Shown: piece by piece, positions 30,968-41,173 of the stretch
Position numbering within the stretch: the stretch's first letter is position 1
Layout of the letters: each line of letters starts with the position of its first letter
Program-made: the position numbers and the translations under genes
Notes under the pieces: model-generated
Database searches by the model: none
Seen by the model: only the letters and a program-made list of their open reading frames with translations
What the model was told of the DNA's origin: nothing
Assembly (NCBI GenBank): GCA_964359735.1
Contig: CAYHTZ010000004.1
Span: 409 to 64,408 of the forward strand
Direction: 5' to 3'
From: an uncultured Candidatus Saccharibacteria bacterium
GTDB taxonomy: Bacteria; Patescibacteriota; Andersenbacteria; UBA10190
DNA length: 64,000 bases

Positions 30968-31522
30968 ATGAGCTACCCTTCGCCGCTAGCATTGCAGCTT
31001 CCCCTTGAACCGTACGAGGTGAGAGAGGGCTACTACAAATTCGGCACGCGCGTACGCAGCCGCGTGATACTTTCTGCGCGGCACTTGGGGGACGATTTAG
31101 TTGTGGCGGCGGTAACCCTGGTGCTAGCATTTGGCGAGGGCTTGTTAGTTTGGGCTGGGGTGCGGGCGGGGAGCAAAGAGACACGTAATTGGGGAGGGCT
31201 CGTGGTCTTGGCTCACCAACGTAAAGATTTTGAAAAAGGACGCGACATCCCGGAGACATTTTATTCCGTATATGGGCATATGAAGGATTTGACGGTGAAG
31301 GTGAAAGACACGGCAGCCGCAGGGCAACAGCTCGGAGTGGTAGCGCCAGGGGAGACGCCCGAAAACGGCTGGTGGAAGATTGCTCATTTACATTTTGCCA
31401 TTTATGTGGGGGCATGGACGGGAGAAATTTTGCCGGGGTATAAGCGGCCGTTTGACGGGCGGACAAAAATGAAGTGGTGGCGGGATCCGAAACCATTCAT
31501 CGAGGAATACAATAAAGGCTAG
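30968..31522 (+). CDS. M23/LytM-family peptidase domain protein
   Basis: HLGDD (HxxxD) and KIAHLHFAIY (HxH) motifs at M23 spacing, and the intervening pattern matches the M23 consensus. Uses the ATG at 30968, 1 nt after the ATP-grasp stop. Confidence 0.6.
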   Translation: MSYPSPLALQLPLEPYEVREGYYKFGTRVRSRVILSARHLGDDLVVAAVTLVLAFGEGLLVWAGVRAGSKETRNWGGLVVLAHQRKDFEKGRDIPETFYSVYGHMKDLTVKVKDTAAAGQQLGVVAPGETPENGWWKIAHLHFAIYVGAWTGEILPGYKRPFDGRTKMKWWRDPKPFIEEYNKG

Positions 31523-31555
31523 AAGCTACGAGCTAAAAGCTATAAGCTAGTTTGT

Positions 31556-33337
31556 ATGGCTGGTGAAACAGACCTTGTTAAAGAGCGCCTCGATTTGGCC
31601 GATGTGATCGGCGAGTACGTGCCCTTAAAACGCACGGGTGCACACTTTAAGGGCTTGTGCCCTTTTCACCAAGAGAAAACGCCGTCGTTTATCGTGAGCC
31701 CAGAGAAAGGAATTTGGCATTGTTTTGGGTGCGGTAAAGGCGGGGATGTATTTGTTTTTATTCAGGAGATAGAAGGAGTAGCTTTTCCGGAAGCCTTGAA
31801 GCAATTGGCAGAGCGTGCCGGAGTGCCCATTCGACGCACTTCGTTTGCTCAGGGCAAAGAGTCTCAGAGCAAAAAACAGAGACTCTTTGAAGTGTTGGGT
31901 CTGGCGGCGAAGTTTTACCATGCGGTGCTGATGCAGCACGAAGCGGGCAGGCGCGCGCAGGCGTACTTAGCGGAACGGGGAGTACGGGAAGAAACGATGC
32001 GGGAGTTTGAACTGGGGTATGCACCGATGCGCTGGGATACGGTGCAGAAGTTTTTGCAGAAGAAAGGGTTCTCTGTAGAAGAGATGATACAAGCCGGGCT
32101 GGTGGGAGCAGGGCAGGGGGGAAAATTCTACGACCGGTTTCGAGGACGGATTATGTTTCCCGTCACCGACGTGCAAGGCAGAATCGTTGCCTTTGGGGGG
32201 CGCATTGTGCCTTGGCACGCTACTGGAGAGGAAGGCAAGTACATTAATTCGCCCGAGACGGCTTTGTATGAAAAACGCAAGACAGTCTATAACCTATCGC
32301 GCGCGAAAGCAGTGCTCCGGGGCGGGGGAGCTGGCATTGTGGTAGAGGGATATATGGATGTGGTGATGCTGGCTCAGGGGGGAGTGAAGAATGTGGTGGC
32401 GACGAGCGGGACAGCGTTTACGACAGAACATATACAGCAGCTCGGCCGGTACACGAAGACATTGCATTTTGCCTTTGATGCGGATGCAGCGGGGAGCGCT
32501 GCCACCGTGGGGGCCACCGAATCAGCGCTCGATGCCGGGATGCGAGTGGCCACGCTGGTGCTGCCCGCTGGCGAAGACCCGGCGGACATAGCAGCGAAGC
32601 GCCCCCAGCAAGTTCAGGAGATATTTTCTAAGCCGAGATCGCTCATCTCAGTGTTACTGGAGCGTATGGATAGCGAGGAGGATGGGCGTCTCGCGGAGGA
32701 ACATGTCGAAACTTTGCTGCCGCTGCTGACGCGAGTGCATAATGTGGTGCTCAAGGGAGAGATGGTGCGAGAGATAGCCGAGCGGTTGACAATTCCTGAA
32801 AGTGATGTGGTGCGCAGACTATCACAACCCTCGCGCCGCATTCAACCTATCCATACAGTAGGGCAAGAGGTGCAGTATCAAGGGGACCCTCTTAGCAACG
32901 CGGAGCGAGTATTGCTTGGAATTATGGTCATCAGTCCATCGGCCCGAGAAATGCTTTGGGGAAATCTCCGCGGGGAACTCTTCGTTGACGGCCGTTTGCG
33001 GGAGCTGTATAACACAATGCATAATCTGGCACAAAAGGACATGAACTGGGCGCGCGCGGGAGAGGAGGAGCTGGTTGCTGCTTTGACAAGCCAGCAGCAG
33101 CCTTTGGTGCAGGCTGTATCAGTATTGGCTCATGAAGCTCTGGATAGGTCGGGAGCCGGCGCCGCGGCTGAGGCACAGGTGCTCACGCGAGCGCTGCAGC
33201 GGCGCTACCTTTCCGGGCACCTCAAAGAAATTCAGACCAAGCTGGTGACGGCGCCGGAGGCGGAAAAGCAAGGCATTCTGAAACAATTTCAAGGGGTCGC
33301 GGAAGAACTTTCGGCAGTGACGTCTCAGGAGGGTTAA
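31556..33337 (+). CDS. dnaG: DNA primase
   Basis: Zinc-ribbon [11 protein letters not shown]...HCFGCG, and a Toprim region (EGYMDVV). Confidence 0.9.
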   Translation: MAGETDLVKERLDLADVIGEYVPLKRTGAHFKGLCPFHQEKTPSFIVSPEKGIWHCFGCGKGGDVFVFIQEIEGVAFPEALKQLAERAGVPIRRTSFAQGKESQSKKQRLFEVLGLAAKFYHAVLMQHEAGRRAQAYLAERGVREETMREFELGYAPMRWDTVQKFLQKKGFSVEEMIQAGLVGAGQGGKFYDRFRGRIMFPVTDVQGRIVAFGGRIVPWHATGEEGKYINSPETALYEKRKTVYNLSRAKAVLRGGGAGIVVEGYMDVVMLAQGGVKNVVATSGTAFTTEHIQQLGRYTKTLHFAFDADAAGSAATVGATESALDAGMRVATLVLPAGEDPADIAAKRPQQVQEIFSKPRSLISVLLERMDSEEDGRLAEEHVETLLPLLTRVHNVVLKGEMVREIAERLTIPESDVVRRLSQPSRRIQPIHTVGQEVQYQGDPLSNAERVLLGIMVISPSAREMLWGNLRGELFVDGRLRELYNTMHNLAQKDMNWARAGEEELVAALTSQQQPLVQAVSVLAHEALDRSGAGAAAEAQVLTRALQRRYLSGHLKEIQTKLVTAPEAEKQGILKQFQGVAEELSAVTSQEG

Positions 33338-33341
33338 CTAT

Positions 33342-34580
33342 ATGGCACACTCGCGTTCCCGTGTTCGTCATCGTAAGGCCGTTAAGCGCTCGCGGCCAGC
33401 TGCCCGCAAAGGCGGGCGCTCGGCTAGCCGCTCGCGGGGCGGGCGGGGAGGCAGGCGGGCAAAGATCGACCCCCAGATGGTTTTGACTTCGGAGCTGGTG
33501 ATTGCGCTCTTGCGCAAGGGGCTCCAGGCAGGGTTTGTCACTGAGGAAGAAATTTTGTATGCGTTGCCCAATGTTGAAGAGAACTTGGACGCGCTGGAAT
33601 CCATGTATAACGAGTTGGAGAACCAAGGCATACGCATCACTGCGGCGCAGGATAGCCTTATTTCTTACGACATGCCGGATAAGCTGCCCACTAAACGGGC
33701 AGCGCGCCGCGAGAAAGACAGACCGCTCGATAATGTGATTGATGTCAGTAATATTTCGGATGATTCGGTGCAAATGTATTTACGCGAGATTGGGAAAGTG
33801 GCGCTCTTAACCGCGGATGAGGAAGTGGAGCTGGCGAAGCGTATTGAGCAAGGCGATAACGAAGCGCGCAAGCGCCTGGCGGAAGCGAACTTGCGCTTGG
33901 TAGTATCCATTGCCAAGAAATACACCGGGCGCAAGAATTTGTCGCTGCTGGATTTAATTCAGGAAGGCAACTTGGGACTCTTCCGTGCCGTGGAAAAGTT
34001 CGATTACCGCAAAGGCTATAAGTTTTCTACGTACGGCACGTGGTGGATCCGCCAAGCAATCACGCGGGCCTTGGCTGACCAATCCCGCACTATCCGCATC
34101 CCCGTGCACATGGTGGAGACGATTAATAAGTTTACGCAGGTACAGCGGCGCTTACTGCAGGACTTAGGGCGAGACCCCCTGCCAGAGGAGATCGCGTCCG
34201 AGATGGAACTGCCGGTAGAGAAGATTCGGCACATTATGAAAATTTCCCAGGAGACCGTGTCCATTGACGCCTCAGTAGGAGATGATGAAGAGGATTCCAC
34301 GCTGAAAGATTTCATTGAAGATGAGGAAACCATTACGCCGGGGCAGGCGGCCGCGCGGCAGATTTTGCAAGAACATGTGCGGGAAATTTTGGCGGACCTC
34401 ACCCCGCGGGAGCAGAAGATTTTGGAAATGCGGTTCGGGCTGACCGACGGGCTCAATCACACGCTGGAAGAAGTCGGCCGGGAATTCGAAGTTACCCGTG
34501 AGCGTATTCGGCAGATCGAGGCCAAGGCGCTGGAAAAAATCCGCGAACACATGAAACTCAAGAAACTCCGTGATTATTAA
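33342..34580 (+). CDS. rpoD: RNA polymerase sigma-70 factor RpoD with an Arg-rich N-terminal extension
   Basis: Regions 1.2-4 are present ([24 protein letters not shown], region 4 HTH). The first ~45 aa are Arg/Gly-rich ([11 protein letters not shown]). Confidence 0.9.
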   Translation: MAHSRSRVRHRKAVKRSRPAARKGGRSASRSRGGRGGRRAKIDPQMVLTSELVIALLRKGLQAGFVTEEEILYALPNVEENLDALESMYNELENQGIRITAAQDSLISYDMPDKLPTKRAARREKDRPLDNVIDVSNISDDSVQMYLREIGKVALLTADEEVELAKRIEQGDNEARKRLAEANLRLVVSIAKKYTGRKNLSLLDLIQEGNLGLFRAVEKFDYRKGYKFSTYGTWWIRQAITRALADQSRTIRIPVHMVETINKFTQVQRRLLQDLGRDPLPEEIASEMELPVEKIRHIMKISQETVSIDASVGDDEEDSTLKDFIEDEETITPGQAAARQILQEHVREILADLTPREQKILEMRFGLTDGLNHTLEEVGREFEVTRERIRQIEAKALEKIREHMKLKKLRDY

Positions 34581-34595
34581 TGCAGCCGGGGGGTT

Positions 34596-35282
34596 ATGAG
34601 ATACGTGGGAATTATTTCGGTAGTGGTAATTGTGGTGGTGTTGGGGGCAATTGCGTATATACTTCTTCCATATGGAGACGTGGCTCAGCATCGTCTATCC
34701 TCGCCAGCGCCAACTGACAACACGCTGCCTTTTCCACCGGGAGCACAACTAGAGATGGCTGATATTGACCCCATAGACACCGACGTCGCTGTTACCTTGA
34801 AGACTACCCAGGGCGATATTCAGCTACTCCTTCACGGGACAGACGCGCCTATCACGGTGGGGAATTTCGTTAAGCTGGCCGAGGAAGATTTCTACGACAG
34901 CACTGTGTTTCACCGCGTGATTCCTGACTTTATGATTCAAGGAGGCGACCCAGAGGGCAACGGTACCGGCGGGCCGGGGTATGAATTTGGAGATGAGATC
35001 AACTCACGCAAGATTGTGCGCGGGTCGGTGGCGATGGCAAATTCCGGGCCCAGCACGAATGGGAGCCAGTTCTTCATTGTGACGGCTGCGACCACGCTGC
35101 ATTTAGATGGCCGGCATACGAATTTTGGTGAGGTGACATCGGGGATGGATATTGTGGATGCCATTTCGAAATTACCAACGGGTGCGAACGATAAACCATT
35201 AGAATCAGTGACGATTACCGACGTAGTCGTTCACAATGTGTCAAAAGTCACTCCCGAAGCCGCTGCGCTGAAGATTGAATAG
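34596..35282 (+). CDS. cyclophilin-type peptidyl-prolyl cis-trans isomerase, membrane-anchored
   Basis: HRVIPDFMIQGGDPEGNGTGGPGY and NSGPSTNGSQFFI signatures, with an N-terminal TM helix. Confidence 0.85.
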   Translation: MRYVGIISVVVIVVVLGAIAYILLPYGDVAQHRLSSPAPTDNTLPFPPGAQLEMADIDPIDTDVAVTLKTTQGDIQLLLHGTDAPITVGNFVKLAEEDFYDSTVFHRVIPDFMIQGGDPEGNGTGGPGYEFGDEINSRKIVRGSVAMANSGPSTNGSQFFIVTAATTLHLDGRHTNFGEVTSGMDIVDAISKLPTGANDKPLESVTITDVVVHNVSKVTPEAAALKIE

Positions 35283-35300
35283 CCTTTCGGTGTTGTTATT

Positions 35301-35555
35301 TTACCGATGAATGCAGCCGACCCAGCAACAAGGTCTGCGCATTCCGCCTTTAAGCTTTGAGAGTGCCTTCTCGATACGGATACCCCTCGTCTCAGCTTTT
35401 TTGCCAGATATAACCCAGCAGATCCACTCATTGCGCGCCAGCGGCGTAAGGCTCTCCCAAGCTGCTAGTGCTTTTGGGTCAGAAGTTAAAGCCTCTCGCA
35501 AATCCGCTGGCAGCCTGTGTACCGTACCCGTGGCGATTTCTTTTTTGGCCATCAA
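35301..35555 (-). CDS. YdeI/OmpD-associated family protein, C-terminal-domain-only (possible remnant)
   Basis: 84 aa matching only the C-terminal part of the YdeI family (LPADLREAL...AWESLTPLARNEWICWV). Compare the full-length paralog at 54737..55318. Confidence 0.5.
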   Translation of the reverse strand: MMAKKEIATGTVHRLPADLREALTSDPKALAAWESLTPLARNEWICWVISGKKAETRGIRIEKALSKLKGGMRRPCCWVGCIHR

Positions 35556-35651
35556 TTTATTTTACACTTTTGCTCCCGGGGCAGGACGACTACCGAACCA
35601 AAGTAATGTCATACAAAAAGCATATCTGGAGGTCGGATCATGGTAGACTAC

Positions 35652-36569
35652 TCACCTAGGGAGATTCCGGAAGTTAATCCGTCGGAGAAGGAAAGGATCG
35701 ACGCCTGGAATATTCTCTCCTGGATCAGTTGTCGACGCGCTCAGGAAACCTACTTGCTCGACAAGGTCACGAATTTCCCGGGTGACATGACCGTAGGGGT
35801 ACGCGAAGTGGAAGGGTTCCATGTCGAGATTTTCGGCAAGGTCTCGACGGCCGCCTTCAACCTCCTCGCGTATTACCTCTGGGGACTTGATTTGTGGAAG
35901 ACTGGGGTGGGTTCGCGTATGCGAGCCAATGGTGAATCCCACTCGCGCAAGTTCCTTGATCTCTACCCAGCGTAGGTAGCGAAAGCGAGGGTCGGTGGCC
36001 GCGTAGTGTTCAATATCTCTTATGCTAACCCCCAGCTGTCTATGGAGCTTCTCCCGCTGTTCTCGCTCGAGAGCGCGAGGCAGGAGACGGAGGGCTGCCT
36101 TCGCTCTCTTCATTGCAATTGCTCGCTCCTTCGTCGTGCGGCAGGAGAGTATGCCAGCGCCACAATCAGAGAGGTCTACCGCGGACGCCCGCGTTAGACG
36201 GAAAGCGATCTCTGTCGCGTTGAAGTGCGTCGTCGGTCCTTCGACCATACCGCTCATGACGTAGAGCGTGGCTGGAATGGCGAGCTCGCGGATGATCGGG
36301 AGAGCACATGTGAGGACACCCGAAAATCCGTCGTCGAACGTGACGGCGCATGCGCGGGGAATTCGGATGCCGGCTTTCAGGGCGGTGACGATCGCCTGGA
36401 TGGAAATGACCTCCCAGTGTCGTCGGAGATATTTCATCTGCCGTCGGAACTCCGCTGCAGTCGTACGGCCCCCGTCGATTTGGTCAAAGGGATCCAGCGT
36501 CTTATTCACGAGGACGTCGTGGTATATGAGAATAGTCATTGCAGGAGAATTCTGTAGCAGTCCTTCCAC
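35652..36569 (-). CDS. polysaccharide deacetylase (NodB homology domain)
   Basis: TILIYHDV...AVTFDDGF NodB motifs 1 and 2. Confidence 0.8.
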   Translation of the reverse strand: MEGLLQNSPAMTILIYHDVLVNKTLDPFDQIDGGRTTAAEFRRQMKYLRRHWEVISIQAIVTALKAGIRIPRACAVTFDDGFSGVLTCALPIIRELAIPATLYVMSGMVEGPTTHFNATEIAFRLTRASAVDLSDCGAGILSCRTTKERAIAMKRAKAALRLLPRALEREQREKLHRQLGVSIRDIEHYAATDPRFRYLRWVEIKELARVGFTIGSHTRTHPSLPQIKSPEVIREEVEGGRRDLAENLDMEPFHFAYPYGHVTREIRDLVEQVGFLSASTTDPGENIPGVDPFLLRRINFRNLPR

Positions 36570-37690
36570 TGCGCATACTCGCGCTCATGGGTAAACTCGC
36601 GCGCGATACGGTCCTGTGCGCGGTGCGCGCATTCGCTCGCGAGGGACTGATGTTGGAGCACATACTGTACCTTCTCAACGATAGCGTTGGGGTGCGGATC
36701 AGAGAGCAGGAAGCCATCCACGCCGTCGGTGATCATGTCCCGGATACCGCCGACTGCCGCCGCGATCACCGGAACGCCACTGGCTAATCCTTCGAGAACC
36801 TTGTTCGGGGAACCGTCGGCGACCGAGGGGAAGACAAGGACGTCGCAGGAGCGGAGATACCCCATAACGCTCTCGTGTGGCACCCAGCCGGTAATGACGA
36901 TATGGTCTCTGCAGGCCAGCGACGACAGTCGCTTTTGGAAGTAGAGAGCTTCCTGTTTCCAGAACTCTCCGACAAGGAGGAGAGTCTGAACCTCTGGGTA
37001 CAGCTGTTCGAAAGCAGTGAGCAACTGGTCGGTGCCGGCAACGCGCCAGAGGTTCGCGCACATGCCCAGGATTGGGTGCGGACGTGATGGGAGCGCGACC
37101 GGCAGTTTGGAGAATTCACTCCAGTCGAAGCTATTGGGGATGGCAAACGTTGGACACCGGATTGCAAAGAGGCTTGCGCCCAGACGTCGCGCCTCTTCAT
37201 TATTGAACGTGCAGATCTTGGCGCCCTCCGCCGCGAGGCGGTTGGCGGCCAGTTCGTCGGCAAACGTTTCCAGCGTAAAGTCCGTGCCGCGGAAGGATAG
37301 CATGTATGGGATTCCCGTTGTCTCCGCAGCGTATCGAACAACGAGGCCGACCTTCCCGTGTGCGCCAAAGCAATGGAGTGCCGAGATGTCATGCTCATGA
37401 ATCAAGCGGATAAGGAGCTGCGCACGCATGTAGAGCTCCAACCGGTTCGTGTGTTCGGTAGCAAGATCGGTGGTAAAGACATGGGTACAGTCAATTTCAT
37501 CGCCAACATGGTCAATGCGCCCGGCCCAGTCTTCCGCTCGGTCCGACCTATGGAAGAGGATCGTCTGAACGTTGTATTCCTTACTGATAATGATGCTGTG
37601 TCGGCGCGCAGAAAGCACCTTACCGCTGATTGCGCCATCGTCACGCGTGACTACGGCGATGCGGGGACGTTTGTCCGTAGTCTGTCCCAT
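36536..37690 (-). CDS. glycosyltransferase family 4 (GT-B)
   Basis: C-terminal VFPSVADGSPNKVLEGLASGVPVIA is the GT4 E-x7-E region. Confidence 0.8.
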   Translation of the reverse strand: MGQTTDKRPRIAVVTRDDGAISGKVLSARRHSIIISKEYNVQTILFHRSDRAEDWAGRIDHVGDEIDCTHVFTTDLATEHTNRLELYMRAQLLIRLIHEHDISALHCFGAHGKVGLVVRYAAETTGIPYMLSFRGTDFTLETFADELAANRLAAEGAKICTFNNEEARRLGASLFAIRCPTFAIPNSFDWSEFSKLPVALPSRPHPILGMCANLWRVAGTDQLLTAFEQLYPEVQTLLLVGEFWKQEALYFQKRLSSLACRDHIVITGWVPHESVMGYLRSCDVLVFPSVADGSPNKVLEGLASGVPVIAAAVGGIRDMITDGVDGFLLSDPHPNAIVEKVQYVLQHQSLASECAHRAQDRIAREFTHEREYAQWKDCYRILLQ

Positions 37691-37852
37691 GCGAAAAAGG
37701 TAGCACGCTTAGTCACCATATAGAACAAGTACATTGAGAAGTGGATGCCCGTAGTGCCCTGTCCCAATGCGCACAATACATTCCGTTTGTCTATTCTCTA
37801 TATATCCTAGTACACTAATAAATTGTGGTTCCGATGAAATAACTCGGTTCCT

Positions 37853-38599
37853 ATGAGTTCCTCAGCTCAAGGTCTGCTCTATTGCGTTTCCGGCTATGAC
37901 GATTACCTCCTCGAATGTATCGGCTCTATTCAATCTGCGCGGGAGTATTGCCCGCATTTAGCCATCTGTGTAGTTTCCGATCTGGAGGAAGGAACCGATA
38001 CGTTAAAGCGCTATGCGGATGAGTTAATCTTGATGGAGCCTCCGGATGAGTGGTTCGTCCCTTGGGGAGCAGGATTGCTACAAAAAATCAAAGCGCTACA
38101 AAAGAGTCCCTTTGAGCGGACTTTATACCTCGATACGGATACCCGCATACTGAGCTCGGACGTAGAAAGGATATTTGAAAAATTGGAATATGCGGACATC
38201 GCCATGATTGAGGCAACTCCTTCGCAGAGCGTATCTCGGAAGCTGTATGGCCGCTTTATGTACAATACCGGCGTGGTCGCTTTTAGAAACACCCGGCCCG
38301 TTAAGGAGCTTTTGACTGCATGGGAAGTCCTCCATGTTAGGCATCTCCGGGCAATACGTGAGGGTAGGGAAGATTCATTCCCCTATGTCTCCCATCTGAC
38401 CTCGATACGCGATAAGCAGGACTTGCTTCAAAATGATCAGCTGGCCTTGGCCTTACTTTGCCCTCATGAGGGTAAAGGCGAAGTCAGGGTCGAGGTGCTT
38501 GCACCCTTATGGAATTGGCGTCCTAATGAGCTGCCCAAGCGAAGAGGCGTCTATATTCATCACGCCCGTATTTATAAGAAGAAACGCTGGGCAAAATAA
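37853..38599 (+). CDS. putative GT8-like / nucleotide-diphospho-sugar transferase
   Basis: LYLDTDT (DxD) and YNTGVVAFRN resemble the GT8 retaining-transferase motifs. Confidence 0.45.
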   Translation: MSSSAQGLLYCVSGYDDYLLECIGSIQSAREYCPHLAICVVSDLEEGTDTLKRYADELILMEPPDEWFVPWGAGLLQKIKALQKSPFERTLYLDTDTRILSSDVERIFEKLEYADIAMIEATPSQSVSRKLYGRFMYNTGVVAFRNTRPVKELLTAWEVLHVRHLRAIREGREDSFPYVSHLTSIRDKQDLLQNDQLALALLCPHEGKGEVRVEVLAPLWNWRPNELPKRRGVYIHHARIYKKKRWAK

Positions 38600-38649
38600 C
38601 CGGTTCCCTGCCTGAACGAACGTAATACATGGGCGAAGTCATCTGATTG

Positions 38650-38721
38650 CTCCCGGGGTCGGATTCGAACCGACGACCATCACCTTAACAGGGTGTTGCT
38701 CTGCCGCTGAGCTACCCGGGA
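38650..38721 (-). tRNA. tRNA-Asn (anticodon GTT)
   Basis: The reverse complement reads TCCCGGG-TA-GCTCAGCGGCAGAGC-A-ACACC-CTGTTAA-GGTGA-TGGTC-GTCGG-TTCGAAT-CCGAC-CCCGGGA-G. U33 and A37 are present and the anticodon is GTT. Confidence 0.75.
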
Positions 38722-38726
38722 ATAAG

Positions 38727-38753
38727 TAAAAACGCAGGCAATCTGCGTTTTTG
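38727..38753 (-). terminator. rho-independent terminator AAAAACGCAG-GCAAT-CTGCGTTTTT
   Basis: A perfect 7-bp stem with a 5-nt loop and a T-run on the minus strand, immediately downstream of the stop of the 38787..39470 gene. Confidence 0.75.
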
Positions 38754-38786
38754 CATTGTGGCCAAAATGTGGCCTAATTGCAAGGA

Positions 38787-39470
38787 TCAGGAATTGCAAT
38801 ACTGGCTTTGCGTGCCTTCTTTGCCGGCGGGCAGGGAGCGCAAGTAGGTAGCGTCGCTCCCTGGTAAATAATCGAAGAAGCAGAGGCCACTTTTGCTATC
38901 GGGATCTGCGCTGTACAAGCCGAAGTCGACGAAGACATTTGAGGCGGAGATGCCGACGGAGTGGGAAATTTCTTCTCCTGCTTTTACTTCAACTACGTCA
39001 GTAATATTCGTGGTGCGGCTGTCATTCGGTTTGGCAGGCGGTAAGTTTTTAAGAGCCTCAGCGAGCTTGGGCGAAAGGGTGCGCAGGTGATCAAAGCGGA
39101 AACTTAAACCACATGGAGAAGAGAAAAAGAGTAGGTATTGCTCTTCACCTTGTTCCAAATACCGGCTGGCGTCGGTTAAGCGGGCGTCAAGGGGAGCGCG
39201 AACAGAAACGTCTTCTGGCCGGCTAGCGTCAAAGCGAAATCCGCCATGAGCGCGGAAGCCATCACCGCGCACTTGCCCGGGCCAGAGCATGGCGGTGACA
39301 AGCGACGCGTCGACGGGAGTGGTGAGGGTGAGCGGGCTGGGGCAGTTGGCGCTAGCGCTTGGGGCGCTGGTTGTTGGCTGACTCTTTTGTCTTACAGCAA
39401 CAAGAAAGCCAGTGCCGCCCACGGCTGCAATTCCAACAAGGATAGCGGCGAGAATTCCCCGGTTGATCAT
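38787..39470 (-). CDS. hypothetical secreted/membrane-anchored protein
   Basis: N-terminal TM/signal segment. No recognisable domain. Confidence 0.4.
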   Translation of the reverse strand: MINRGILAAILVGIAAVGGTGFLVAVRQKSQPTTSAPSASANCPSPLTLTTPVDASLVTAMLWPGQVRGDGFRAHGGFRFDASRPEDVSVRAPLDARLTDASRYLEQGEEQYLLFFSSPCGLSFRFDHLRTLSPKLAEALKNLPPAKPNDSRTTNITDVVEVKAGEEISHSVGISASNVFVDFGLYSADPDSKSGLCFFDYLPGSDATYLRSLPAGKEGTQSQYCNS

Positions 39471-40144
39471 TACAGTGTAGTTGCCCTGTCAAAAAACTCC
39501 CGCATTTGCGTGCCAAGTTTTCGTTTGCCATCGGGGCTGCTTAGGTGGCAGCCGTCCTTGGCCGTGTCTATCGGGGTCATGGGCCCTAAAACGGGACCGG
39601 GGAGAACATCACCATTGTTTGTATCTAACTGTTCTACCAACTCCTTGGCTTTTTCCAAGCCCCAAGTTCCCGTGATTTCGCAAACGCCGTCGGTATAGTC
39701 GGCCAGCGCGGAGACATAGATAGTCGTACCCGGGATTCGATTCCGAACTTGCGCGAGGATGGCTGCGGTGTGTTCATAGCTGGTTCCCCTTTCATTGTCG
39801 CGTATGCATAACTGCCACCAAATGGTTTTGGTGTTGGGGTATTGCGCGAGGAGTTCATCAAAAACATCCCAATATTTGTTTCCGGCATCTGCCTGCCTTG
39901 CCCAATCCAGCACGGCTCCGGAATCGTAGCGCTTGTCGTAGCTCCACATCTTGGTGCCGCCCAGGTAGTGGTAGCCCTCGACTGTTTCGCGGGTATTGGA
40001 ACAGCCAATGTAGCCGATGGAAACTTCGGCTGGCGGAGGTGTCGGCGAGCTTTCAAAAAACCTTTCAGCAATGTTTTTCCGAAAAAACAGGGCGCTGGCT
40101 AGCACAGCCAGCGCAATCAGGCTGAGAACGATTGCGCTTTTCAC
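39470..40144 (-). CDS. hypothetical secreted/membrane-anchored protein
   Basis: N-terminal TM/signal segment. No recognisable domain. Start/stop overlap with the downstream gene. Confidence 0.4.
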   Translation of the reverse strand: MKSAIVLSLIALAVLASALFFRKNIAERFFESSPTPPPAEVSIGYIGCSNTRETVEGYHYLGGTKMWSYDKRYDSGAVLDWARQADAGNKYWDVFDELLAQYPNTKTIWWQLCIRDNERGTSYEHTAAILAQVRNRIPGTTIYVSALADYTDGVCEITGTWGLEKAKELVEQLDTNNGDVLPGPVLGPMTPIDTAKDGCHLSSPDGKRKLGTQMREFFDRATTL

Positions 40145-40404
40145 AGGGAAATTATACCTTACGGATTTTAGGCATCACAACCCCTAATAATTGAAGAGTG
40201 AGAGGCGGGGGCAGGAATTACTAAAAGATTCCCCGAATGAGAATGGAGCGTTTTAGTGGTAAGGTTAATGTTAGCGAAAATTGAGGGAACTCTCCGAAAA
40301 ACACCAAAGGGACATTTTTCCGCTTTTTGGCGAAGTGAAGAGAGTGAATGCCGCTCCTAGGATGGCATTAGGGTATAATACGCTTTGGATAGAATGGCTA
40401 AGTT

Positions 40405-40776
40405 ATGAAATTGAAACTCCTTTTATTTCTAATACTAGTTTGTGGCGTATTAGTTGTGGTAGGCCTACATTTTCTATATTTCCTAACTGGTGTGGAGGAT
40501 GATGATTCCTCCTACCTGCCGGGCATGGTCATGGTCTTTTTTAAGCGCGATGTGAGCGAAGAAAGGATGCAGCAGGTTATCGACGAGGTGGTGGAAAAAG
40601 TTAGTGGACGAGCCACGTTGCGAATTTGGGGCTATGACGCAAATATAGGAGCACCCGCTCACTACTATGATATTCATGCGCAAGTTGGCAGGGAAGATGA
40701 AACTATCCGATTTTTGAACAAGTTTCCGGAAGTTGAGGATGCGCAGAGATACAGAAAACCGATCGACATAAGATAA
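40405..40776 (+). CDS. hypothetical small membrane-anchored protein (AT-rich gene)
   Basis: 123 aa with an N-terminal TM helix. Codon usage is visibly more AT-rich than its neighbours. A TATAAT box at 40374-40379 lies upstream. Confidence 0.35.
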   Translation: MKLKLLLFLILVCGVLVVVGLHFLYFLTGVEDDDSSYLPGMVMVFFKRDVSEERMQQVIDEVVEKVSGRATLRIWGYDANIGAPAHYYDIHAQVGREDETIRFLNKFPEVEDAQRYRKPIDIR

Positions 40777-40890
40777 GAACTGGCCCGCAGTGTGTGGAAA
40801 GAAATAGGCCTCAATGATTTTGTCGATAACGTTCATGAAATATCGCCTCTTTTTATTGCGTGTATAATCATAATACTCTAGAGTACATTT

Positions 40891-41172
40891 ATGAATCCCG
40901 TTGTCCACTTTGAAATGCCGAGTGTGGATAAGAAGCAAATGCACAAGAAAAGGGGCGCTATCAACGGCGGGTTTTTTCAGAAAGGGAAAGAAGGAACTAT
41001 TCCTCACGTCGTGATTTCGGTGGGCAACTTGAACAAACACATGGCGACGGTTAAGAAGTCAGGCGGGAAGGTTTTGGGCAAGCCGATGGATATTCCCGGC
41101 ATTGGGATGTTTGTGATGTTCAAAGATACTGAGGGCAACCGCGTCGGTATGCTGCAGCCCACAAAGATGTAA
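40891..41172 (+). CDS. VOC (glyoxalase-fold) family protein, short variant
   Basis: MNPVVHFEMP... and GKPMDIPGIGMFVMFKDTEGNRVGMLQ match the small VOC family, but about 30 aa of the first beta-alpha-beta unit appear to be missing. Confidence 0.55.
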   Translation: MNPVVHFEMPSVDKKQMHKKRGAINGGFFQKGKEGTIPHVVISVGNLNKHMATVKKSGGKVLGKPMDIPGIGMFVMFKDTEGNRVGMLQPTKM

Positions 41173-41173
41173 T

